From: Planktomarina sp.
GTDB lineage: Bacteria; Pseudomonadota; Alphaproteobacteria; Rhodobacterales; Rhodobacteraceae
Length of the DNA: 64,000 bases
Direction: 5' to 3'
NCBI GenBank assembly: GCA_020630595.1
Contig: JAHDBC010000008.1
Span: 13,008-77,007, forward strand
Shown here: positions 45,788-58,459 of the stretch, in pieces
Numbering within the stretch: position 1 is the stretch's first letter
Layout of the letters: every line of letters starts with the position of its first letter
Notes under the pieces: model-generated
Told to the model about the DNA's origin: nothing
The model's database searches: none
The model's input: the letters and a program-made list of their open reading frames with translations, nothing else
Position numbers and translations under genes: made by a program

Positions 45788-46588
45788 TCAAAAGTCATCT
45801 TTGCGTTTGCGAATGGCGGCGAAAACTTCGGCGGGGTCTGCCCCGGTCATGCCCAATGCCGCTTGCAACGATGGATCATCGGCACGCAGAAACGGGTTGG
45901 TGGCTTTTTCCAACCCCAATGACGACGGAACGGTGGGGCGACTTCCCAAGCGGAGCATTTTCACCTCTTCCTCCCGTTTCGCCAACACTGCGTTGTCTTC
46001 GCCCAACGATTTGGCAAACGCCATATTGCCGCCCATGTATTCGTGACCTGAATAGACGGTCGTATGATCGGGGAGCGACCGGAGCTTCAGAAGGCTGGCC
46101 CACATTTGATCGGGCGTTCCTTCAAACAATCGTCCGCACCCCATCGCCATCAGACTGTCGGCTGTGAATACCGCCTGCACATCTTCGCTATAGGCCGCGA
46201 TATGGCCAACCGTGTGGCCGGAAACCTCAAGAATTTGAAAGGGCATGTCCGCAAGCATGATGGTGTCGCCTTCTGACACGGCGTGTGTCAAAGGGGGCAA
46301 CCTGTGTTGATCCGCTTTTGCGCCGATGACTTCGAAGACTGCCGCCCCTTCGGGCGCGTTTTCAAACCCATAGCGGTCTTTCAGCGCTGACAGGCCATCG
46401 ACATGATCCCAGTGGTGATGGGTCAGAAACACAGCGTCGAGCTGAGCGTCAAGTTCATCCAGCACTGCGATGATCGGTGCGGCCTCTGGCACATCAACAA
46501 CAGCAGCCCGTCCGTTGGCCTGATTGAAAATCACGAATGCATAGTTGTCTTGCAAGCACGGAACGGTTTTGATCTGGATAGGGTGCAT
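45788..46588 (-). CDS. gloB: hydroxyacylglutathione hydrolase (glyoxalase II)
   Basis: Last 266 codons of ORF 45788-47398, from MHPIQIKTVPCLQDNYAFV. Metallo-beta-lactamase motif THHHWDHVDG. Confidence 0.9.
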   Translation of the reverse strand: MHPIQIKTVPCLQDNYAFVIFNQANGRAAVVDVPEAAPIIAVLDELDAQLDAVFLTHHHWDHVDGLSALKDRYGFENAPEGAAVFEVIGAKADQHRLPPLTHAVSEGDTIMLADMPFQILEVSGHTVGHIAAYSEDVQAVFTADSLMAMGCGRLFEGTPDQMWASLLKLRSLPDHTTVYSGHEYMGGNMAFAKSLGEDNAVLAKREEEVKMLRLGSRPTVPSSLGLEKATNPFLRADDPSLQAALGMTGADPAEVFAAIRKRKDDF

Positions 46589-46642
46589 TGGGGCCTCTGA
46601 CGCTATTATCCCCAAGACGTATCGCAAGAAGGCAAAAGCGCA

Positions 46643-47401
46643 ATGCATTTGGATGTGCGGGAACTGCGGGAATTTTACTATCGGTCCAAATTGGGCCGTG
46701 CGGTGCAGCGGTCTGTGCGCGATCAACTGTTGCGGATCTGGCCAGAGGCGCGACGCCAAACCGTCGTGGGGTACGGGTTTTCGGTGCCGTTGCTGCGCCC
46801 TTATCTGAAAGACGCGCGGCGGGTGACTGCGTTGATGCCCGGCCCACAGGGCGTGATGCCCTGGCCTGCGGGGGAAAAGAACGTCAGCGTGTTGTGCGAT
46901 GATACCCGCTGGCCGTTGGAACCCGCGTCCGTGGACAAGCTGATCGTGTTTCACGGTCTGGACACGACCGACCATGCCGCGGCCTTGTTGGAAGAAGCGT
47001 ATCGCGTTGTCGCGGAAAATGGGCGCGCGGTGTTCGTGGTGCCCAATCGGGCCAGCCTTTGGTCGCGCAAGCATGGAACGCCGTTTTCGGTATCGCGCCC
47101 CTATACGTTGACCGAACTGGAACGGCGGCTGAAATGGCACGGGTTTCTGGTCTGTAATCACGTGACCGCGTTGTACCAGCCGCCGCGCAGCACGAAATTC
47201 TGGCTGCGGATTGGGCCAACGCTGGAACGGATCGGGCAATCCATCCCGCTGTGGTTCGGGGGGGGCGTTTTGATGGTCGAAGTGCGCAAACAGGTTCCGC
47301 GCCCGCAACGCCCCGGGTTGGGTCAGATCCTTGCCAAACCGATGGGTGTTTTGGATGGCATTGGACAGGCGGAACCCGCGCGCAGGACGCCCAGCCAATA
47401 G
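46643..47401 (+). CDS. class I SAM-dependent methyltransferase-like protein
   Basis: 252 aa, divergent from gloB (a pairing I recall as common in alphaproteobacteria). Methyltransferase-like core VVGYGFS...LIVFHGLD...ENGRAVFVVPN. Confidence 0.7.
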   Translation: MHLDVRELREFYYRSKLGRAVQRSVRDQLLRIWPEARRQTVVGYGFSVPLLRPYLKDARRVTALMPGPQGVMPWPAGEKNVSVLCDDTRWPLEPASVDKLIVFHGLDTTDHAAALLEEAYRVVAENGRAVFVVPNRASLWSRKHGTPFSVSRPYTLTELERRLKWHGFLVCNHVTALYQPPRSTKFWLRIGPTLERIGQSIPLWFGGGVLMVEVRKQVPRPQRPGLGQILAKPMGVLDGIGQAEPARRTPSQ

Positions 47402-47625
47402 ATTCGCAGGGCTTCGTCTGGCGTGACACTGTGCCGCAATCTGGACTTATCGCGGCATACACCTGTTTTTGCGGTGTTTTGTGGCTGCGAAAGTAGGCGC
47501 GATTGCCATTGCGACCTATCGAACCCTCTGTTAGTTACCCGGCGAATTTGGGCGTTGCAGTTCGCAAGGCCGTGTATTGTCATATTCTGATGCATCCGGA
47601 TATGACGCAAAGCAGAGGGTGAGAC

Positions 47626-48186
47626 TTGTCAGAAACAGCATCCATCTCGTCCGGTATCGCAGGTCGTTACGCGACAGCGGTTTTTGAAATCGCCAAAGAC
47701 GACAAAAAACTGAAAAATCTGGAAGCCGACGTTGCCGCCCTTGATGGTGCGCTGGCGGAAAGTGCAGATTTGCGATCCCTGGTGACATCCCCAGTATACA
47801 GCCGCGAAGACATGGGCGCGGCCATTGCTGCGGTGGCGGACAAAATGAAATTGACCGCGACCATGAAAAACACTTTGGCGCTGATGGCTACGAAGCGCCG
47901 CCTGTTCGTTCTGCCGAATTTGCTGGCAGCACTGCGCGGGCTGTTGGCCGATGAAAAAGGCGAAGTCACGGCAGAAGTTGTTTCTGCCAAGGCGTTGACG
48001 AAAGCCCAATCGGACAAACTGGCCAAAACGCTGAAAGCCCAAGTGGGCAAAGACGTGAATATTCAAGCGACCGTTGATGAATCCCTCATCGGCGGTCTTA
48101 TCGTTAAAGTGGGTTCGAAAATGATCGACACGTCGATCAAATCGAAACTCAACGCACTTCAGAACACTATGAAAGAGGTCGGATAA
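47626..48186 (+). CDS. atpH: F0F1 ATP synthase subunit delta (OSCP)
   Basis: 186 aa, TTG start. [11 protein letters not shown] and [22 protein letters not shown] are OSCP motifs. First gene of the F1 operon. Confidence 0.9.
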   Translation: MSETASISSGIAGRYATAVFEIAKDDKKLKNLEADVAALDGALAESADLRSLVTSPVYSREDMGAAIAAVADKMKLTATMKNTLALMATKRRLFVLPNLLAALRGLLADEKGEVTAEVVSAKALTKAQSDKLAKTLKAQVGKDVNIQATVDESLIGGLIVKVGSKMIDTSIKSKLNALQNTMKEVG

Positions 48187-49722
48187 ATGGCGATCCAAGC
48201 AGCGGAAATCTCCGCAATCCTGAAGGACCAGATCAAGAACTTTGGCCAAGAAGCCGAAGTTGCTGAAGTGGGCCGTGTGCTGTCCGTGGGTGACGGTATT
48301 GCCCGCGTATATGGTCTGGACAACGTGCAGGCCGGTGAAATGGTCGAATTCCCTGGCGGTATCCAGGGCATGGCGCTGAACCTGGAAAGTGACAACGTCG
48401 GTGTTGTTATCTTTGGGACAGACCGTGACATTAAAGAAGGCGACACCGTCAAGCGGACGAACTCTATCGTGGACGTTCCTGCCGGCGAAGGTCTGCTGGG
48501 CCGCGTTGTTGACGCGCTGGGCAACCCGCTGGACGGCAAGGGCGCGGTTGACGCATCCGAACGCCGCTTGGCCGAAGTCAAAGCGCCGGGCATCATCCCG
48601 CGTAAATCTGTTCACGAACCCATGGCGACGGGCCTGAAATCCGTGGACGCGATGATCCCGATTGGCCGTGGCCAGCGTGAATTGATCATTGGTGACCGCC
48701 AAACGGGTAAAACCGCCGTGGCCTTGGACACCATCCTGAACCAGAAAGTCTACAACGACGCGGCGAAGGACGATTCCGAAAAGCTGTACTGTATCTATGT
48801 TGCTGTGGGCCAAAAGCGTTCCACTGTGGCCCAGTTGATGAAGAAACTGGAAGAAACAGGCGCATCTGAATACACCATCGTTGTGGCTGCGACAGCGTCC
48901 GACCCTGCACCCATGCAGTTCCTGGCGCCATATTCCGCAACCGCGATGGCAGAATATTTCCGTGACAACGGCAAGCACGCGCTGATCATCTATGATGATT
49001 TGTCCAAACAGGCTGTATCCTATCGCCAGATGTCGTTGCTGCTGCGTCGCCCACCGGGCCGTGAAGCGTATCCGGGCGACGTGTTCTATCTGCACTCCCG
49101 CCTGTTGGAACGGTCCTGTAAACTGAACGAAGACCACGGGTCTGGTTCTTTGACAGCGCTGCCGATCATCGAAACCCAAGGTGGTGACGTTTCTGCGTTT
49201 ATTCCAACCAACGTGATTTCGATCACCGACGGTCAGATCTTCTTGGAAACAGAATTGTTCTACCAAGGGATCCGCCCTGCGGTGAACACAGGTCTGTCTG
49301 TGTCCCGCGTTGGGTCATCCGCGCAAACCAACGCCATGAAATCCGTGGCGGGTCCGGTGAAACTGGAATTGGCACAGTACCGCGAAATGGCGGCGTTTGC
49401 CCAATTCGGGTCCGATCTGGATGCAGCCACACAGCAGTTGTTGAACCGTGGTGCACGCCTGACCGAACTGATGAAGCAACCCCAATACGCGCCGCTGACA
49501 AACGCGGAAATCGTTGTTGTGATCTTCGCAGGCACAAACGGCTATCTGGACAAGATCGATACGAAAGCCGTTGGTCGTTACGAAGAAGGTCTGCTGAAGC
49601 ACCTGCGCGGCAAGCATTCCGACCTGTTGGATTGGATCACAAACGAAGATCCAAAAATCAAAGGCGATGCGGCTGACCGGATCAAAGCGGTGCTGGACGA
49701 ATACGCAGCGGACTTCGCGTAA
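48187..49722 (+). CDS. atpA: F0F1 ATP synthase subunit alpha
   Basis: 511 aa. Walker A GDRQTGKT and other highly conserved alpha-subunit sequence. Confidence 0.98.
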   Translation: MAIQAAEISAILKDQIKNFGQEAEVAEVGRVLSVGDGIARVYGLDNVQAGEMVEFPGGIQGMALNLESDNVGVVIFGTDRDIKEGDTVKRTNSIVDVPAGEGLLGRVVDALGNPLDGKGAVDASERRLAEVKAPGIIPRKSVHEPMATGLKSVDAMIPIGRGQRELIIGDRQTGKTAVALDTILNQKVYNDAAKDDSEKLYCIYVAVGQKRSTVAQLMKKLEETGASEYTIVVAATASDPAPMQFLAPYSATAMAEYFRDNGKHALIIYDDLSKQAVSYRQMSLLLRRPPGREAYPGDVFYLHSRLLERSCKLNEDHGSGSLTALPIIETQGGDVSAFIPTNVISITDGQIFLETELFYQGIRPAVNTGLSVSRVGSSAQTNAMKSVAGPVKLELAQYREMAAFAQFGSDLDAATQQLLNRGARLTELMKQPQYAPLTNAEIVVVIFAGTNGYLDKIDTKAVGRYEEGLLKHLRGKHSDLLDWITNEDPKIKGDAADRIKAVLDEYAADFA

Positions 49723-49732
49723 GGTCATATAG

Positions 49733-52042
<2,310 letters not shown>

Positions 52043-52043
<1 letters not shown>

Positions 52044-52441
52044 TGGCGGGATCGATGCAATTTGACCTGGTCAGCCCGGAACGAAGCCTTGCTTCGTTTC
52101 AGGCGACCGAGGTCCAGATCCCAGGGGCAGATGGGGACATGACGGCGATGCCGGATCATGCACCCACGCTGACAACCCTGCGCCCCGGTGTGCTGGTGGT
52201 GAAAGCAGATGGCGGTGATCAAGAATACGTGGTCACGGGCGGTTTTGCTGAAATTTCACCCGCTGGCATTTCCGTGCTTGCGGAACGTGCCATGCCAAAG
52301 TCCGAAGTGACAGCGGCGGATATCGCTGCGATGGTCGAAGCTGCAGAAGCGGTGGCCGCCGGTAAATCGGCAAGCGAACTGGACGATGCGAACAAAGCCG
52401 TCGCTGATGTTCGTGCGCTTGGTGCTGCACTGGGCCTATAA
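52043..52441 (+). CDS. atpC: F0F1 ATP synthase subunit epsilon
   Basis: 132 aa. The start overlaps the atpD stop (TAATG). Position and size fit atpC. Confidence 0.9.
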
Positions 52442-52470
52442 CGCCGTCACAACAAAAACACAGTTTTTGA

Positions 52471-52499
52471 AAAAGGCCCCTTATGCGGGGCCTTTTTTG
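52471..52499 (+). terminator. rho-independent terminator after atpC
   Basis: AAAAGGCCCC-TTATGC-GGGGCCTTTTTT, a perfect hairpin with flanking A and T runs. Confidence 0.8.
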
Positions 52500-52538
52500 T
52501 GGATAACGTCTGTGCAGGGGAATTTGGGACGGTGTTGC

Positions 52539-52889
52539 ATGCGCAAGCTTCGCAGCCATTTGACAGGTATCGATCAGGGAGAGGTTGTTCTTTTCTCTGA
52601 TTTCGAAGATGACGGCCAAATGTGGGCCGGCACCGGTCCACGCGAACAGCGCAAGGCGGTCGTATTTTCAGAAGCTTACCAATCCATCCCTTCAGTGACG
52701 GTTGGCTTGTCAATGTGTGACATCGATGGCCAGACAAGCGTCCGCACAGACATTCGCCCCGAAAACATCACTGAAACAGGATTCGAAATCGTGTTCCGCA
52801 CATGGTCCGATACGCGGATCGCACGGGTGCGCGCATCGTGGCAGTCCATCGGCGAATTGGAAGATGAAGACAGCTGGCAGCTGTATTAA
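52539..52889 (+). CDS. H-type lectin domain protein
   Basis: Start at ATG 52539 ([10 protein letters not shown]...). [24 protein letters not shown]...[29 protein letters not shown] fits the H_lectin pattern. 116 aa with no signal peptide. Confidence 0.62.
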   Translation: MRKLRSHLTGIDQGEVVLFSDFEDDGQMWAGTGPREQRKAVVFSEAYQSIPSVTVGLSMCDIDGQTSVRTDIRPENITETGFEIVFRTWSDTRIARVRASWQSIGELEDEDSWQLY

Positions 52890-53905
52890 TCCGCTTCGTA
52901 GATGCCTTCGTAGATGGCTGAAAGTGTTTCTGTCTGAAACAACGATGACACAGATGTGCCAGACCATGTGTTCAGGATGGCCTGCGCAAACATGGGCGCC
53001 ATGGGCACAATGCGAATGTTGCCCGTTGCCTTGATCTCTGGTGTGGCTTCGATGGTGTCAGTGATCACAAGGCTTTTCATGACCGAATTTTCAATCCGGC
53101 CCACCGCGGGCCCCGACAACACGCCGTGCGTGATATAGGAATGCACTTCTTTGGCGCCGTTTTCCATCAGCACTTCGGCGGCTTTGCACAACGTGCCGGC
53201 CGTATCCACGATGTCGTCCACGATCAGGCAGGTGCGGTCTTTGACATTACCGATGACGGTCATTTCCGCCACTTCACCGGGCTTTTCGCGTCGCTTGTCC
53301 ACGATTGACAGGGGCGCGCCGATCCGTTGGGCCAATTCCCGTGCACGGGCCACACCGCCCACATCCGGGGACACGACGGTGATTTCATCCATCCGGTCTT
53401 TGAAATGGTGTTTCACATCCAACGCAAACACTGGCGATGCGTAAAGATTGTCGACCGGAATATCGAAAAAGCCCTGAATCTGTGTGGCATGCAAATCAAG
53501 GGTCAGCACCCGTTCGATGCCAGCTTCTTCCAGCATATTGGCGACCAGTTTGGCGGTGATCGGCGTGCGCGCCTTGGTCCGGCGATCCTGCCGCGCGTAT
53601 CCGAAATAGGGAATAACCGCTGTGATCCGTGCGGCTGATGATCGTTTCAACGCATCCGCGATGATCAACAGTTCCATCAGGTTGTCATTGGCCGGGCGCG
53701 ATGTGGGCTGAAGGATAAACATATCTTCGCCACGCACATTTTCGAACACTTCAACAAAGACTTCGCCATCGTTGAACCGTTCGACCCGGGCGTCGACCAA
53801 TCCGACGCTCATCCCGCGGTGCAATGACATCCGACGGGACACTGATTTTGCCAGTGCCAGATTTGCGTTACCGGAAATAACCTTCGGTTGTTCCACAGAT
53901 GCCAT
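52886..53905 (-). CDS. prs: ribose-phosphate pyrophosphokinase
   Basis: Start at the internal ATG ([20 protein letters not shown]). [11 protein letters not shown] and the PRPP-binding loop [13 protein letters not shown]. 339 aa. Confidence 0.94.
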   Translation of the reverse strand: MASVEQPKVISGNANLALAKSVSRRMSLHRGMSVGLVDARVERFNDGEVFVEVFENVRGEDMFILQPTSRPANDNLMELLIIADALKRSSAARITAVIPYFGYARQDRRTKARTPITAKLVANMLEEAGIERVLTLDLHATQIQGFFDIPVDNLYASPVFALDVKHHFKDRMDEITVVSPDVGGVARARELAQRIGAPLSIVDKRREKPGEVAEMTVIGNVKDRTCLIVDDIVDTAGTLCKAAEVLMENGAKEVHSYITHGVLSGPAVGRIENSVMKSLVITDTIEATPEIKATGNIRIVPMAPMFAQAILNTWSGTSVSSLFQTETLSAIYEGIYEAD

Positions 53906-54006
53906 TCGATCGTCCCCCAGCATCGATTGCGCGACTCGCGCCGTTGACACCCCCTAACACGGGGCTAGGGTCAGGCAAAGCTAAGTCATTGAAAGGGCGC
54001 GTCCAA

Positions 54007-54609
54007 ATGGCCAAAATCACATACTACTTTGCAACAATTTCGCCCTACACCTATCTGGCGGGCACCCGGCTTGAAGAAATGGCGGCGGCGGTTGGCGCGA
54101 CCATCGATTATCGTCCGCTTGATATCATGGGGCTGTTTGCCCGCACGGGCGGCACACCCCCAAAAGACCGCCACCCGAACCGGCAAGATTGGCGGGCGCA
54201 GGAACTGGTGCGCCAAGCAAAAAAGCTGGATATGCCGTTTCATCTGAAGCCTGCCCATTGGCCCACGAATATGGCGCCGTCCTCTTATGCGTTCATTTCC
54301 GCAAAGAATCACGGATCGGGCGGCGATTTGGGCGCGTTGGTGCATGCCTTCACCCGCGCCTGCTGGGCCGAAGAAAAGGATATCGCCACCCCTGATGTGA
54401 TCGCCGCATGTCTGACATCTGCCGGGTTTGATCCGTCGTTGGCCGACAAGGATATGATGGGCGCGGCCGAAGAATATGCCCGCAATCTGGAAGATGCGGT
54501 TGCCGCAGGGGCGTTTGGCGCGCCGTTTTACATCACCGAAGACGATCAACGGTTCTGGGGCCAAGACCGGATCGAAGATTTGGGCCTGCATCTTCAGGGC
54601 AAGCTGTGA
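54007..54609 (+). CDS. 2-hydroxychromene-2-carboxylate isomerase / DsbA-like thioredoxin-fold protein
   Basis: Start at MAKITYYFATISPYTYLAG. C-terminal GAPFYITEDDQRFWGQDRIEDL is typical of the HCCA isomerase family. 200 aa. Confidence 0.8.
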   Translation: MAKITYYFATISPYTYLAGTRLEEMAAAVGATIDYRPLDIMGLFARTGGTPPKDRHPNRQDWRAQELVRQAKKLDMPFHLKPAHWPTNMAPSSYAFISAKNHGSGGDLGALVHAFTRACWAEEKDIATPDVIAACLTSAGFDPSLADKDMMGAAEEYARNLEDAVAAGAFGAPFYITEDDQRFWGQDRIEDLGLHLQGKL

Positions 54610-55400
54610 CGTATGAAACACGCGCTGGCGTAAAGATATTTCACAAAACAACGGGTGACGGCACCCCTGCGATTTTCAGCCACTGTTCGCTGGGCAATCA
54701 CAACATCTGGCGTCCGCTTGTTGATCGGATGTCGGATGGCTGGCGCTGCACGGCCATTGATTTGCCAGACCATGCGCGATCAGATGCAACACCGGTGGGG
54801 CAGGATCCCCAACGGCTTGCCGCGGATGTGCTGTTGGATCTGGCATCGGATCATGAGGAACCCGTTCATCTTGTCGGGCATTCATTTGGCGGCACTGCCG
54901 CACTTTTGGCCGCCGTCACACAGCCGGAAATGTTCGGGTCTTTGACATTGCTGGAACCCGTGCCCTTCGGCATCGCCAAGGGAACAAAAGCGTATGACGA
55001 TCATAGCGCCGCCTTGGCTGATTTTCCCGCAGCGTTGGCTGCTGGAAACAAGCGCAAGGCGGCAGAGATTTTTCATGCCGTTTGGGGTGGGGGTGTCAAA
55101 CTTTCACATCTTCAAGAAGGGCATATGATTGCGATCATCGAAAACATTCAGGTGATCGGCAGACAAGGCCCCGCTTTGTACGATGATATCAATGGCATTA
55201 TGCGACCGGGTGGTCTTGCCCAGATCACATGCCCCGTGCGGTTGGTTGGTGCTGATCGCAGCCCATCCATCGCGGCGGTGATGTTGGATGTGTTGCACCA
55301 GCACATGCCCCACGCGGTGCGCCATACCATTGCCGACGCCGGCCATATGTTTCCACAAACGCATCCCAGTCAGGTCGCGGATATTTTGCAGACGCTTTGA
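54606..55400 (+). CDS. alpha/beta-fold hydrolase
   Basis: 264 aa. Nucleophile elbow GHSFGG and a C-terminal GHMFPQTHP. The GTG start overlaps the upstream stop. Confidence 0.78.
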   Translation: MTYETRAGVKIFHKTTGDGTPAIFSHCSLGNHNIWRPLVDRMSDGWRCTAIDLPDHARSDATPVGQDPQRLAADVLLDLASDHEEPVHLVGHSFGGTAALLAAVTQPEMFGSLTLLEPVPFGIAKGTKAYDDHSAALADFPAALAAGNKRKAAEIFHAVWGGGVKLSHLQEGHMIAIIENIQVIGRQGPALYDDINGIMRPGGLAQITCPVRLVGADRSPSIAAVMLDVLHQHMPHAVRHTIADAGHMFPQTHPSQVADILQTL

Positions 55401-55423
55401 CGGGTGTGCACCGGTCTGCCGGG

Positions 55424-56473
55424 TCAGGATCGCGCCACGGATAAGAACGCATCGACCGCTTCTTGGGTCATGGACCAGTCGCAAACCAGCCGCGCCAATA
55501 GCTGTTCATCAGCAGGACCCGTGTCCACATCCCCGTCCATCACATAGTACTGTGCACCAGCGCGATGCAGTTTTTGGTGCATTGCACGGGGCATGCGCGC
55601 GAAAATGATATTCGCCTGTGGATCATGCAGAAAGGCCACATCGGGCATCTGCCGCAATCCACGCGCCAGTTCCCCACAGCGATCGTTGGCGGCTGTCGCC
55701 ATGTCCCGCCACAAATCATCCTGCAAGGTTGCAACCATTTGCGCGGCCAGAAACCGGTGTTTCGAAAACAGATGCGCCCCGCGTTTGCGGCGCAGTTCGA
55801 ATTCCCAGCTGTGCTTGGGGTCAAAGAATACGGCCGCTTCCACAGCCATCAGTCCATTCTTGGTTCCACCAAATGTCACGGCGTCCACGCCGACCTTCCA
55901 GGTCATGTCTGCCGCCGTGCATCCCAGTGCAACGCAGGCATTGGCAAACCGTGCGCCATCCATATGGACAGGGCAGCCAAAGGCGTGGGCGACATCAGCC
56001 AAGGCCCGAATTTCATCAAGGGTGTAAATTGTGCCGCGTTCGGTGGCCTGCGTGATGGACACGGGGCCGCGCTGCGGGCCATGCACGCCGCGCGTTTCTT
56101 CCGCTTCCAATGCTTTGCGCAAGCTGTCAGGCGTCATCTTGGCATCTGCGCCTTCCACCAAAGTCAGTTTCGTGCCAGCGGCATAGAATTCCGGCGCATT
56201 GCATTCATCTTCGTGGATATGCGCATGCCGGTGGCAAAAGATCGTCTGCCAAGGGTCAGACAGCGTTGCAAGGATCAGCGCATTGGCCGCAGTGCCCAAA
56301 GACACCAAATGGACGGCGGCGGCTGGTGCTTCGAACACATCGCGCACCATGGCAACAGCCTGCGCTGTCAGATCATCGGCGCCATAGGGCAGGGCGTAGC
56401 CCTGATTGGCATCCATCAGCGCCGCCATCACTTTTGGATGCACGGGGCCGGTGTTGTCAGAGGCAAAGTTCAT
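55424..56473 (-). CDS. ltaE: low-specificity L-threonine aldolase (beta-eliminating lyase family)
   Basis: 349 aa. MNFASDNTGPVHPKVM, GTAANALIL and the PLP-Lys region FGGTKNG. Confidence 0.85.
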   Translation of the reverse strand: MNFASDNTGPVHPKVMAALMDANQGYALPYGADDLTAQAVAMVRDVFEAPAAAVHLVSLGTAANALILATLSDPWQTIFCHRHAHIHEDECNAPEFYAAGTKLTLVEGADAKMTPDSLRKALEAEETRGVHGPQRGPVSITQATERGTIYTLDEIRALADVAHAFGCPVHMDGARFANACVALGCTAADMTWKVGVDAVTFGGTKNGLMAVEAAVFFDPKHSWEFELRRKRGAHLFSKHRFLAAQMVATLQDDLWRDMATAANDRCGELARGLRQMPDVAFLHDPQANIIFARMPRAMHQKLHRAGAQYYVMDGDVDTGPADEQLLARLVCDWSMTQEAVDAFLSVARS

Positions 56474-56943
56474 GTCTCATCCTCGATCACGTAGTCTTCC
56501 CAGTCTTCTTCTGGGATTTCGAATTCTGGGATTGTCCAGCCCTGCACAGAAATGCCGGCTGTGTGAACTGAATTGGGATCGCCCGTGATCAACGGATGCC
56601 ATTCGGGGATCGGGTTGCCATCGTGCAGGCGTTTATAGGCACAGGTTTCCGGCAACCAATACGCATGCAACGGAATCGATTTTGGCGTCATTTGAATGCA
56701 TTCCGGCACAAATTGGTGGCGAATGTCATATTGCGCACATTGGCAGGTTTGATCATCCAACAACCGGCAGGCAATCCGGGTCAATGCAACGACGCCCGTG
56801 TCCGGGTCTTCCAGCTTGTTCAAACAACACCGGCCGCAGCCATCGCACAGCGCTTCCCATTCGCGGTCGGTCATATCGGTCAGACGTTTCTTTTCCCAAA
56901 ACCTGTGGGATAGCCCGTCGCGGTTGATTTGATTGTCCGTCAT
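56470..56943 (-). CDS. ycgN: YcgN-family (UPF0260) cysteine-cluster protein
   Basis: 157 aa. CDGCGRCCLNKLEDPDTG and LLDDQTCQCAQY. Confidence 0.85.
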   Translation of the reverse strand: MTDNQINRDGLSHRFWEKKRLTDMTDREWEALCDGCGRCCLNKLEDPDTGVVALTRIACRLLDDQTCQCAQYDIRHQFVPECIQMTPKSIPLHAYWLPETCAYKRLHDGNPIPEWHPLITGDPNSVHTAGISVQGWTIPEFEIPEEDWEDYVIEDET

Positions 56944-57887
56944 AGCCCGGCCAAAAGGTGCCGCGCCCGGGCGCAGTCTGCTGACATCTGAACGATCAGG
57001 GCATCCAGACTGTCAAAGTTTTCTTCGCCGCGCAGAAAATCAACCAACCCGACAGACAGTGTTTCGCCGTACAAATCACCCTGAAAATCAAAGATGAAGG
57101 TTTCGCAGTTTGGGGTGTTTTCGCCAAACATGGGGCGCACCCCAATCGACGCGGCCCCTTTGTAGCTGCCTTGGTGTGGGCCAGTCAGCACATCCACGAC
57201 AACGGCATAAACGCCAAACGCCGGCAAATGGCGGCCAGACAAATCCATGTTCGCGGTGGGGTATCCCAGGTCGCGCCCCCGTTTTTCGCCGTGCAAAACC
57301 GGCCCTTCGATCCGGTGCCAATGGCCCAGCATCGCCGCGGCCTTGCGCGGGTTGGCATCGGTCAAGGCTGCGCGAATGTTGGTTGAACTGATCGTGTCAT
57401 CCCCCAGCTGTGCGATATCCGCGATTGTGACACCAAACCCCATGTCCGCCCCGTATCGTTTCAGCGCATCCACATCGCCTGCGCGTTTCGTCCCGAACCG
57501 AAAATCAGCGCCCACCACCACATGCGAAAGACCCAGCGCATCGTGCAATATGGACTGACAGAATGTTTCGGGCGATTGACTGGCAAGGGCCGCATCAAAC
57601 GGAACTTCGACCACCAGATCCACACCCAGCTTGGCCAAACGATTGGCCCGTGTATCCGCATCCATCAAACGAAACGCGGGAAGTGTGGCACCCGCCTGCT
57701 GTGCGAAAAAGCGGCGGGGATGGGGTTCAAAGGTCACGATGCCCATCGGGGTGTGTGATGATTGGGCAAGGGTGCGGGTTTGATCAATGACCGCGCGGTG
57801 GCCCAGATGCACACCATCAAAATTGCCCAAGGCAACTGTTGCGCCACGGGCGGATTCAGGAATGGGAAACGACGTATACCTGTCCAT
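56940..57887 (-). CDS. ribF: bifunctional riboflavin kinase / FAD synthetase
   Basis: 315 aa. GNFDGVHLGHRAV, and the riboflavin kinase segments GRDLGYPTAN and ETFIFDF. Confidence 0.93.
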   Translation of the reverse strand: MDRYTSFPIPESARGATVALGNFDGVHLGHRAVIDQTRTLAQSSHTPMGIVTFEPHPRRFFAQQAGATLPAFRLMDADTRANRLAKLGVDLVVEVPFDAALASQSPETFCQSILHDALGLSHVVVGADFRFGTKRAGDVDALKRYGADMGFGVTIADIAQLGDDTISSTNIRAALTDANPRKAAAMLGHWHRIEGPVLHGEKRGRDLGYPTANMDLSGRHLPAFGVYAVVVDVLTGPHQGSYKGAASIGVRPMFGENTPNCETFIFDFQGDLYGETLSVGLVDFLRGEENFDSLDALIVQMSADCARARHLLAGL

Positions 57888-57928
57888 GCCAGACCCCTAA
57901 CGCGGGCCACGAACAGGGGCAAGCAGTG

Positions 57929-58372
57929 TCAGTCGAACTTGCGCGACGGGGCCAGAACCGTGGCTTCGCCAATCAAGACTTTCTTGCCATCCACAAGACA
58001 GCGCGTGTCCATTGTCACGCGGCGTTTGGAATGATCAATCGCTGTCACTTCAACTTCGGCGCGCACATAATCACCGGGGCGCACAGGGGCCAGAAATTTC
58101 AGGCTTTGACCCAGATAAACCGTGCCATGGCCCGGCAGTTGTTCCCCAATCACCGCTGACACCAGCCCAGCGGTCAACATTCCGTGGGCAATGCGGCCTT
58201 CAAAGATGGTGTCTTGTGCATAATCGTCATCCAGATGCACGGGATTGTGGTCGGTCGACACTTCAGCAAACATTTCAATGTCGCGGTCCGACACCACTTT
58301 GCTGACATGGCGCATCATGCCGATTTCGATGTCTTCGATACAAATTGTGCCGCGGGGCATATTGTCGAGCAT
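57929..58372 (-). CDS. MaoC-family (R)-specific enoyl-CoA hydratase / dehydratase
   Basis: 147 aa hot-dog fold. Motif STDHNPVHLDDDYA...IAHGML. Confidence 0.86.
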   Translation of the reverse strand: MLDNMPRGTICIEDIEIGMMRHVSKVVSDRDIEMFAEVSTDHNPVHLDDDYAQDTIFEGRIAHGMLTAGLVSAVIGEQLPGHGTVYLGQSLKFLAPVRPGDYVRAEVEVTAIDHSKRRVTMDTRCLVDGKKVLIGEATVLAPSRKFD

Positions 58373-58459
58373 GTCGCACCTCTGAGTAACAAAACCACCA
58401 TCGCACAGCGATGATTGAAATTTAATTACTTTGCAGGTGCAGAAATGCCAAGGGAAATC

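Noticed and set aside
45519-46046. 175-aa plus-strand ORF upstream of clpA, overlapping gloB in antisense
   Set aside because: Half of it is antisense to gloB. It has no motifs and does not resemble ClpS.
46589-47398. N-terminal extension of the 536-aa minus-strand ORF containing gloB
   Set aside because: gloB starts at the Met of MHPIQIKTVPCLQDNY (46588). The extension is antisense to the methyltransferase gene and has no homology-like features.
47629-49266. 545-aa minus-strand ORF
   Set aside because: It lies antisense to atpH and atpA, whose products are unmistakable. Its translation has no recognisable motifs.
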